Below are positions 56,930 through 64,000 of a DNA stretch of 64,000 nucleotides, in pieces. The translations under genes were made by a program, and so were the position numbers. The DNA is taken from NCBI GenBank assembly GCA_046570105.1, contig JBKHVI010000004.1, positions 32,001-96,000 of the forward strand. Direction: 5' to 3'. A model generated the notes under the pieces. It did not search any database, was not told where the DNA came from, and was given only the letters and a program-made list of their open reading frames with translations. Source of the DNA: Bacteriovoracia bacterium (GTDB lineage: Bacteria; Bdellovibrionota; Bacteriovoracia; Bacteriovoracales; Bacteriovoracaceae). The first letter of the stretch is position 1. Each line of letters begins with the position of its first letter.

Positions 56930-57936
56930 AAATTTGTACCTACACTCGTCAGTCTTCAGTTGGAATCGTTAAACGTCTGGGAATTCTCGCCAATGAATCA
57001 CTGATTGTTGATCCAAACTTTGTGCTCCAAACAATTTACGAGAAAGAAGGCTACTACAATGCCGCCTCACGTGCTGAGCATAAGATCTCAACCTCTCTGG
57101 CGCAATTTTTAAAGCACTCAGATGAGCCGATCAAAGAATTACAAACGGCGGTTGGTCTCTATTTTAAACTAGCCCAAAGTGGAGATCTTAAAACTCTTAC
57201 GGGTGCAGATATTGCTTTTGATCTTAAAGATACTAAAAATGTGGGCATGGATGCTCCCCTGGATGAAATCGGTCTCTATCGAGATTTCTTTGTCCATGAA
57301 AAGCATGTCAAAACGGGTTTTGCTAAACGCCAAGAGGAAATTCCGGCGCCGTGGTTTGAGATGCCGGTTTATTACAAAGGTGCCACCACTGGATTTATCG
57401 GCCATGAAGCTACTATTCCTTGGCCTTCCTTCTCTCAGCAAATCGACTATGAGCTTGAGTTGGGTGTTGTCATAGGTCGCGATGGAAAAAACATTAAAGC
57501 GAAAGATGCTTATAAGCACATCTTCGGTTTCACGATTTTAAACGATGTTTCCGCACGTGATATTCAGCGCAAAGAAATGCAAGTACGCTTGGGTCCAGCT
57601 AAAGGCAAAGATTGGTGTTCAGTGATTGGTCCAGTCATTGTGACTGCTGATGAATTTGGCATGAAGGATCCAGATCTTTTGATGACCGCTTCAGTGAATG
57701 GAGTGGAGTGGTCACGCGGCAGATCAGGAGATGCGAAATGGAGCTGGGGTGAAATGATTGAGCATCTCACCCGTGATGAATGGATTCGCGCCACTGACTT
57801 TTTAGGCTCTGGCACAGTCGGAACAGGTTGTGGGCTTGAATTAGATAAATGGATTCAGCCAGGGGATGTTGTTGAGTTAGAAATTGAGAAAATTGGGAAG
57901 CTGAAGAATATCGTAGGCACACCTACTAAGATTTAA
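56926..57936 (+). CDS. Fumarylacetoacetate hydrolase family protein
   Basis: DYELELGVVIG, NDVSARD and GSGT motifs; adjacent to hmgA. Confidence 0.88.
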   Translation: MKICTYTRQSSVGIVKRLGILANESLIVDPNFVLQTIYEKEGYYNAASRAEHKISTSLAQFLKHSDEPIKELQTAVGLYFKLAQSGDLKTLTGADIAFDLKDTKNVGMDAPLDEIGLYRDFFVHEKHVKTGFAKRQEEIPAPWFEMPVYYKGATTGFIGHEATIPWPSFSQQIDYELELGVVIGRDGKNIKAKDAYKHIFGFTILNDVSARDIQRKEMQVRLGPAKGKDWCSVIGPVIVTADEFGMKDPDLLMTASVNGVEWSRGRSGDAKWSWGEMIEHLTRDEWIRATDFLGSGTVGTGCGLELDKWIQPGDVVELEIEKIGKLKNIVGTPTKI

Positions 57937-57946
57937 GGATTGAGCG

Positions 57947-59041
57947 ATGGAAAACTTTAAGGCCTCAGGAACATTCACCAAACAAGCTCACGTAAAAATC
58001 CCAGAAGGGCATTATGAAGAAGAGCATGGCCGCAAAGGTTTTTTCGGTCGCGTCTCTCACCTTTACCACACTCATATGCCAACAGGCTGGACGAAGATTG
58101 ATGGAGACCTTCTACCACGTAACCTTCCGCCAGTTTTTGATGATAAGGCCTTAAAAAACTCCTTCAATAAAATTCTTTTTAATCACGATGTCGAAGTAAG
58201 CCTCGGAACTTGGGACAAGTCCTTTGATAATTTTTTCCGCAATGCCGATTTTGATGAAATGCTCTTTGTGCACGATGGAGAAGGAAAGTTTGAAACGATC
58301 TACGGTCATCTCCCTTTTAAGAAAGGTGACTACGTTGTCATTCCACGTGGTACGACTTACAAAATGTATCTTACAGCACCTGCTAAGTTTCTCAAGATCG
58401 AAAGTGCTAGTGAGTTTGAACAACCTACCCGTGGAATCTTGGGGCCTAATGCGCTCTATGACCAAACAGCAATCACTACTCCTGAAGCAGCACATGGCAG
58501 CGAACAAAATCTTAAGGAATATACGGTTGAAGTAAAACGTTTGGGAAAAATCACGCGCGTAACTTATCCCTTTAATCCACTCGACGCCTCAGGTTGGAAA
58601 GGCTCACTTTATCCCTGGAAGCTCTCCATCTATGACTACTGTCCTATCAATTCACACAAATATCACATCCCACCGTCAGGCCATACGACGATGGTGTGCA
58701 AAAACTTTGTCATATGCTCGTTCGTAGCAAGGCCTCTTGAGCATGAATCAGAAGGTGTTTTGAAAGTACCTTTCTTCCACGCCAATATTGATTACGATGA
58801 AGTCTTGTTTTATCACGCAGGAGATTTCTTCAGTCGCGATAATATCGATGCGGGTGCTCTAACCTTCCACCCACAAGGTGTCCATCACGGCCCTCATCCT
58901 AAAGCTTTCGAGCGCGGGGCCAAGAAAGAATTTACGGATGAATATGCGGTGATGATTGATACGCGCAATCCATTGCAGATGACAGATGCCTTTACTCGTT
59001 TAGAAAATAAAGAGTATTGGAAGTCGTGGATGAAAAAATAG
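57947..59041 (+). CDS. hmgA: Homogentisate 1,2-dioxygenase
   Basis: FFRNAD, YVVIPRG, PFFHANIDYDEV and HPQGVHHGP iron ligands. Confidence 0.9.
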   Translation: MENFKASGTFTKQAHVKIPEGHYEEEHGRKGFFGRVSHLYHTHMPTGWTKIDGDLLPRNLPPVFDDKALKNSFNKILFNHDVEVSLGTWDKSFDNFFRNADFDEMLFVHDGEGKFETIYGHLPFKKGDYVVIPRGTTYKMYLTAPAKFLKIESASEFEQPTRGILGPNALYDQTAITTPEAAHGSEQNLKEYTVEVKRLGKITRVTYPFNPLDASGWKGSLYPWKLSIYDYCPINSHKYHIPPSGHTTMVCKNFVICSFVARPLEHESEGVLKVPFFHANIDYDEVLFYHAGDFFSRDNIDAGALTFHPQGVHHGPHPKAFERGAKKEFTDEYAVMIDTRNPLQMTDAFTRLENKEYWKSWMKK

Positions 59042-59062
59042 GGGCGAAAAATAATCGCCCCT
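59040..59062. terminator. Stem-loop between convergent genes
   Basis: AGGGGCGA-N7-TCGCCCCT. Confidence 0.6.
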
Positions 59063-59070
59063 CCGCTCTC

Positions 59071-59556
59071 TCAGACAAAAAACAACTTTAAATAAATGCC
59101 TGAGAATAGTGCCAAGAGCGCTCCGCCCTGCCACATCAGAAATTGGTAGAGCTTATCAAATCTTTTATCAAACTTATCTTCTAAACGATCAAATCTGCGA
59201 TCTACTTCCTTAAATTTCTGATCTACTTCATTGAACCGCAAATCTACTTCATTGAACCTCTGATCTACTTCGTTGAACCGCTGATCTATTTCATTAAACC
59301 TTTTGTCGACCTCTTTAAATTTCAGATCTACTTCCCTAAATTGCTCTTTGATCTCAGTAAATTGTCGATTAATACCTCTAAATTCATCACGATTCTCTAA
59401 ATCCATATGATGAAAATGATTGGTCTGTGCTTTTAGTACCAATATGATCATTTCTTGAGTTGTGATTCTCTCTCGATCTACTTTGGACAAAATATCTTGC
59501 GCCTTTTTATCCAACCACTCATCAAAGATTTTATTATCAAACACGATAGCCCCCAT
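59071..59556 (-). CDS. Coiled-coil heptad-repeat protein with C-terminal membrane anchor (DUF1640/CCDC90-like architecture)
   Basis: EVDxRFN heptads, terminal TM, GAGGAGG RBS, extended -10 TGGTATAAT at 59581-59589. Confidence 0.75.
   Translation of the reverse strand: MGAIVFDNKIFDEWLDKKAQDILSKVDRERITTQEMIILVLKAQTNHFHHMDLENRDEFRGINRQFTEIKEQFREVDLKFKEVDKRFNEIDQRFNEVDQRFNEVDLRFNEVDQKFKEVDRRFDRLEDKFDKRFDKLYQFLMWQGGALLALFSGIYLKLFFV
59188..59334 (-). repeat. About seven 21-bp tandem repeats encoding E(V/I)Dx(R/K)F(N/K/D)
   Basis: Recurrent ATCTACTTCATTGAACC-type units at 21-nt period on the + strand. Confidence 0.85.
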
Positions 59557-59750
59557 GGAACTACCTCCTCAATTGGAGATATTATACCACAACAGAGCAA
59601 GCTGCGTACCAAGTCATATAATTACAAATCTCGAATTTTAAAGAATGAAGATCGCTTGTCGAGGAAATTTTTACTCAGCCCACGGTTAATTTTTCCCTTC
59701 GCGAACCTGGCACTTTTTAGAAAAAATGTGATTTTTTACGAATATAGATA

Positions 59751-60008
59751 CTAATGTTCTTTATTTTCAAGATGCTTGAATTGTCGGTATTGCTGTTGGT
59801 GAGGATTAAATCCTTCAACACCTTCGGAATGTTCTCGTGTTTCATCGTAATCAAAAAACTTCAGTTTGAGCTGGCCAGCAAAGGTACCTTTTGAGGTCTC
59901 CACCTGAGTTGCCATACCATGCTTCACTTTCATCTCTAATTCAACTTGCTCACTGATATCCTCATTGGTGAAATGGCAACAGATTACACTCTGCAAGTAA
60001 ATGGCCAT
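59751..60008 (-). CDS. Hypothetical protein or gene remnant
   Basis: 85-aa ORF downstream of the kinase; no clear RBS. Confidence 0.3.
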   Translation of the reverse strand: MAIYLQSVICCHFTNEDISEQVELEMKVKHGMATQVETSKGTFAGQLKLKFFDYDETREHSEGVEGFNPHQQQYRQFKHLENKEH

Positions 60009-60045
60009 GACAAAAGTTCAAACGAACTCGTAGTAATAGATCAAT

Positions 60046-61365
60046 TTACGCTTCTTCATTGATGAGCGAAGGCACAGGGATAGAAAGAGTGAATTTTACT
60101 TCTCCCTCCGTGCTTTCAAATTTTAGATTTCCACCATGCTCAATGGCGATTCGACGCGAAATATTTAGACCTAACCCTGTCCCTTTTCCCACTTCTTTTG
60201 TCGTAAAGAACGGTTGAAAAATTTTCTCTTCGGCTTCTTTGTTAAGAACGCCCTTATTAGATACTTGAATATTGATCGACTTATCATCTTTAAAGCACTT
60301 CACTCGAATAACAGAGGCATTGATTCTGAGAGATTCATCAAAAGCGTTATTTAATAAGTTAACTAAAACTTGTGAAATATGAATCTCACGACAATAAACT
60401 TCCAAATCATTTGATACATCTATCTCAATTGAAACGCCCTCAACTGCAAATCTTTGTTCACAAAACTCCAAAGTTGAATCAATGATTTGCTGAATGGGAA
60501 CCATCCTTTTGGGGTCTTGGTCACTTTGACGAGAAAATGTCCGAAGAGCGCGAATGATTTTTGCTATTCTTTGACCAGATTGTCTAATTTTAACAAGAAC
60601 ATCTTGCTGCTCTTCTTTGCTCTTGGGAACTTGAAGCAAAATATCTACATGCCCCAACATAATAGTCAGTGGATTATTAATTTCATGTGAAAGGCCACTC
60701 GCCATTTCTCCCAATGAAGAAAGCCGGCTCGAGTGTTGCATCATTGCTGTTTGCTCAAGAAGATTTCTATTTGTTTCAGCTAATTTTTTATCATCAGTAT
60801 ACTTCTGAACCATATGTTTATGGTAAACACGACCTTGCAAAGTCGCATACAGGGCCAGAATTACATAAGGTATAAAATAGTAAAGAACGGTGCCTAATTC
60901 TTTATACCAAAAGAGAATCGTTGCGCCACATATCGGAGTGATGAGAAAAGCCAAGTACCAACGTTGTATCTTAGGGACGGCTCCTAATGTGATAGGTGTC
61001 GCTGTGGCAAATCCTGAAATAATAAGCACAGAAATAAAAAACTTTGACCCATCAAAGCTATTCATCCAAGCGATAAGACTAAACATTCCGCTAAAAAATA
61101 TAGCCGATCCGTGAATGGTAAAAAGTATTAGCGTCCAACGTACTTCGGACACAAGTTTAGTTTTTTGATATTCAAAATTTATCCAACCGCGTATAGCCCC
61201 TAATAAAATGACGATCACACTTAAAAATTTCACATGGGCCATATATGGCCCCTCACCCATGCTACTAAATGCCAAATATAGACTAAATAAAATGTAGGCC
61301 ACAGAAGATGGAAAACTGCGAATCAGTACTTCCTCTCTCAGGCGCTGTTTTAATTCATTTTCCAT
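60046..61365 (-). CDS. Membrane sensor histidine kinase (orphan)
   Basis: About 6 TMs; H-box SHEINNPL, N-box QVLVNLLNNA, FQPFFTTK and GKGTGLGL. Confidence 0.92.
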   Translation of the reverse strand: MENELKQRLREEVLIRSFPSSVAYILFSLYLAFSSMGEGPYMAHVKFLSVIVILLGAIRGWINFEYQKTKLVSEVRWTLILFTIHGSAIFFSGMFSLIAWMNSFDGSKFFISVLIISGFATATPITLGAVPKIQRWYLAFLITPICGATILFWYKELGTVLYYFIPYVILALYATLQGRVYHKHMVQKYTDDKKLAETNRNLLEQTAMMQHSSRLSSLGEMASGLSHEINNPLTIMLGHVDILLQVPKSKEEQQDVLVKIRQSGQRIAKIIRALRTFSRQSDQDPKRMVPIQQIIDSTLEFCEQRFAVEGVSIEIDVSNDLEVYCREIHISQVLVNLLNNAFDESLRINASVIRVKCFKDDKSINIQVSNKGVLNKEAEEKIFQPFFTTKEVGKGTGLGLNISRRIAIEHGGNLKFESTEGEVKFTLSIPVPSLINEEA

Positions 61366-61474
61366 GATGTATGTTCCTCATCGGTAATCAGTACAAAGAA
61401 AAAAACCTACTTATTTACCCTGTTGATGTTTATCAGATTAGGCTGCAAGCTAGGTAAAATCCAAAGGAGCTTCT

Positions 61475-62287
61475 GTGAAATTCTTGACTTTACTACTCGC
61501 GTTTTCAACTCTGACAGCATGGGCCGCTGGGCCGACTCTTGATGATCTTTCAAAAGATGATTTAGAGAAAGTGGCTAACGAAATCTCAGTTAACTTTTCA
61601 CATACCGCTGTTGCTGCTCCAGAGACAACTGGTCTATGGGGTATCGAAGTAGGTCTAATCGGTGGAGTTGCCGGTACACCAAAACTTAAAGATCTCGTAG
61701 AAGATGCAGGAGAAGACGGCAGTGATTTTAAAAGTATCCCGCACGCTGGCTTAATGGCCCGTGCCCATTTTCCTTTTGAGCTATTTGCTGAATTATCATT
61801 TATCCCTAGTTTTGATGTGGCTGATCTTGAAATTCAAAACAAGACTTTTGCAGCTGGATGGAATGCGGGTGGATTCTTTAGTTGGCCATTGGATGTGGCG
61901 ATTGGATTTAATTACGCAAACTCTGAATTAAGTTTTGATCAAGTAATAAATAACGCTTCGACTTCTAATAATGATGTCGATGCCAACGTAAGCTTCGAAA
62001 CTAAAAGTCACAGCTTGTGGGTAGGTGTGAGTAAAACAATTCTTGTTTTCACTCCTTATGCAAAAGTTGGAACATTTTCTTCAAGCTCAGATGTTGAAGT
62101 TGATACATCTGGTGGTAATGGAACGATCTTTGCGTTCTCAAACGGGCAAAAAGAAGACGTTTCTTCTTCAGGAATGTTTGGTGCCATTGGTGTTAATGCC
62201 CAATTACTACTAATGCGTTTTGGTCTTGAGGCCTCACGTGCAGCTGGAGTAGGTCGAGTGACTGGAAAGTTCTCACTGGCGTTTTAA
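61475..62287 (+). CDS. Probable outer membrane beta-barrel protein
   Basis: Signal peptide (AWA|A), amphipathic strands, terminal Phe, AAGGAG RBS with GTG start. Confidence 0.65.
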   Translation: MKFLTLLLAFSTLTAWAAGPTLDDLSKDDLEKVANEISVNFSHTAVAAPETTGLWGIEVGLIGGVAGTPKLKDLVEDAGEDGSDFKSIPHAGLMARAHFPFELFAELSFIPSFDVADLEIQNKTFAAGWNAGGFFSWPLDVAIGFNYANSELSFDQVINNASTSNNDVDANVSFETKSHSLWVGVSKTILVFTPYAKVGTFSSSSDVEVDTSGGNGTIFAFSNGQKEDVSSSGMFGAIGVNAQLLLMRFGLEASRAAGVGRVTGKFSLAF

Positions 62288-62398
62288 ACGTCAGATATCG
62301 AGAACTTGGCAATTAGACAAATCTCATTCAAGGCACTTTTTGAGATGAGTTTTGAGGTATAATTGTCGATAAGGTTTTTGACCGACAAGGAGGAAATT

Positions 62399-62512
62399 AT
62401 GAAATATTTAGTTCTGACTGCAGCTTTAATGATGGCGATGAGTGCCATGGCTTGCCCAGGCGGCAAGGACAAAGAAGAAGATAAAGACGAGCGCATCACC
62501 GTTATTCGCTAG
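62399..62512 (+). CDS. 37-aa secreted small protein (not in the ORF track)
   Basis: AAGGAGG RBS; MKYLVLTAALMMAMSAMA|CPGGKDKEEDKDERITVIR; TATAAT at 62358-62363. Confidence 0.7.
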   Translation: MKYLVLTAALMMAMSAMACPGGKDKEEDKDERITVIR

Positions 62513-62565
62513 TATCCACACTGGAGAGCAGGACAAATACCTGCTCTCCATCTTAAAATCTCCCC

Positions 62566-63165
62566 ATGATTCAAGAAATACAAAACGAGCTACAAAGCTA
62601 CGGATGTCATACTATTATTTTTTACGGCTCAAGGGCCCGCGGAGATTACACTCCAGAAAGCGATTGGGATATCGTGGGTATTCGTGAGCCAGGCACTCCT
62701 GCACTTTGCCTCGCTCGAAAAGTGGGTGATCAATTTATTGATGCTTGGATTCATCCAGAAGATGACCTAGAAAATGTAGACGAATTTCTCAAACTCGTTG
62801 ATGGAAAAATCCTTATTCAGAAAAACCAATTTGGCACAGACTTGATGCTTCGTATTCAAGAGCGAATCGCCAACCCGGATAAATTAACTGAGGACAAAAG
62901 AAACCAAATCCATGTGTGGTATCAAAAAACTTTAGAGCGTATTAAGCGTGATGATGCCGAAGCACTTTATCGTCGCACCTGGCTCCTAAACTCACTGCTG
63001 CCCGACTATTTTATGTTGAGAGATCAGTGGTACCAAGGACCTAAGCTTGCGCTCCAGTGGCTTGCCACTCATGATTCTATGGCCTTTGATTTGGCGACTC
63101 GTGCCATGAAGCCCGATGCATCATCGAAAGACTTGGAGAACTGGGTAAAAAAAGTGTTATGCTAG
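62566..63165 (+). CDS. Nucleotidyltransferase domain protein (Pol beta superfamily)
   Basis: YGSRARGDYTPESDWDI signature; helical C-terminal domain. Confidence 0.8.
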   Translation: MIQEIQNELQSYGCHTIIFYGSRARGDYTPESDWDIVGIREPGTPALCLARKVGDQFIDAWIHPEDDLENVDEFLKLVDGKILIQKNQFGTDLMLRIQERIANPDKLTEDKRNQIHVWYQKTLERIKRDDAEALYRRTWLLNSLLPDYFMLRDQWYQGPKLALQWLATHDSMAFDLATRAMKPDASSKDLENWVKKVLC

Positions 63166-63169
63166 CGCC

Positions 63170-63802
63170 ATGACTTATCAAAGTTTCAATACTGATGGCG
63201 CCTTCGCAGATAACTACAAGTTTTTAATTGGTAGTATTATTCCAAGACCTATTGCTGTTATCAGCACTACAAATGTAGATGGCTCCAATAATCTTGCTCC
63301 TTTTTCATTTTTTACCGCTGTATCTGCCAAACCTATGATCATTGCTTTTAGCCCCATGGTTCGATCTCAAGATGGCTCACGCAAAGACAGCTTGATAAAT
63401 ATTGAACGCGAAAAAGAATTCGTGGTGAATTTCTGTACGTTAAAAAATTATGAGAAAGTAAATCTGGCTTCGACAGAACTTCCTTATGGCGAAGATGAAT
63501 TCAAATTCGCCGGCCTCCACACTCTTAAAAGTGATTTGGTGAAAGCTCCACGTATGGCCGAATCCCCAGTACACTTCGAATGTCGCCTGCGTGATATTCT
63601 CTGCTATGGTACAACTCCCGGATCGGGCTCGCTCGTCACGGGTGAAGTTGTACGAGTCCACGTTGACCCTGCGATTATGAAAGATGGTAAAATCCAGACT
63701 AATTTACTCCAGGCCGTAGGCCGTGGAGCAGGCAATGATTGGTTTAAAACAGACTCTATATTTGAGCTCGAGCGCCTTATGAAGGCGCAGATCCAGAAAT
63801 AG
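63170..63802 (+). CDS. Flavin reductase (DIM6/NTAB) family protein
   Basis: PRPIAVIST, NLAPFSFF, EFVVN and ESPVHFEC. Confidence 0.88.
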   Translation: MTYQSFNTDGAFADNYKFLIGSIIPRPIAVISTTNVDGSNNLAPFSFFTAVSAKPMIIAFSPMVRSQDGSRKDSLINIEREKEFVVNFCTLKNYEKVNLASTELPYGEDEFKFAGLHTLKSDLVKAPRMAESPVHFECRLRDILCYGTTPGSGSLVTGEVVRVHVDPAIMKDGKIQTNLLQAVGRGAGNDWFKTDSIFELERLMKAQIQK

Positions 63803-63858
63803 TCGGGCAAGTTTGTCCTCCTTTATTCAATCTATTTTAAATGGTTTAAAATCTTTGA

Positions 63859-64000
63859 ATGAGAAAGCACCTCATATTTTTGGTCGCAACATTCTTTTTA
63901 TCCGGCTACGGCCCAGTGGATGTTTCTATGTGTGGCGCCAAGCCTGGTTTTCTGGCAAGCCTGCTCACAGATGCCAAAGAAATTCGAATTAAGTGCATTA
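63859..64000 (+). CDS. Secreted hypothetical protein, runs off the right edge
   Basis: MRKHLIFLVATFFLSG.. is open to the window end; TAAAAT lies 6 nt before the ATG. Confidence 0.5.
   Translation, partial: MRKHLIFLVATFFLSGYGPVDVSMCGAKPGFLASLLTDAKEIRIKCI

Noticed and set aside
59188..59334. Possible CRISPR-like array
   Set aside because: 21-bp head-to-tail units without unique spacers, in frame within a CDS, and no cas genes

Overview
Gene-dense bacterial chromosomal window, most likely from a predatory Bdellovibrionota (Bacteriovoracia/Peredibacter-like) organism. This is inferred from the Agl-Glt gliding cluster, many secreted orphan proteins and sigma28-like promoters. Housekeeping genes: groES-groEL, polA, trxA-gmhA, addAB-type helicase-nuclease, hslO, hisS-valS, fabI. 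Other content: a Yej/Opp-type peptide ABC transporter lacking its ATPase, a convergent aglRQS / glt(OM barrel)-C-D-E-F-G locus, a hisC-fahA-hmgA aromatic catabolism operon, a frameshifted ClC antiporter and a RAYT-like Y1 transposase. No rRNA, tRNA or CRISPR array was seen. The most notable signals are: (i) a recurrent -10 box-N6-ATG architecture indicating leaderless genes; (ii) 16-bp spacers in the best sigma70-like promoters; (iii) a membrane protein with a long (Leu-x-x)n repeat; (iv) four-Cys Fe-S staples on both AddA and AddB; (v) a secreted protein-glutaminase-like enzyme; (vi) apparent pseudoenzymes of the alkaline phosphatase and GT9 folds; (vii) an unannotated 37-aa secreted peptide. 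All calls come from reading motifs by eye; no database searches were run.
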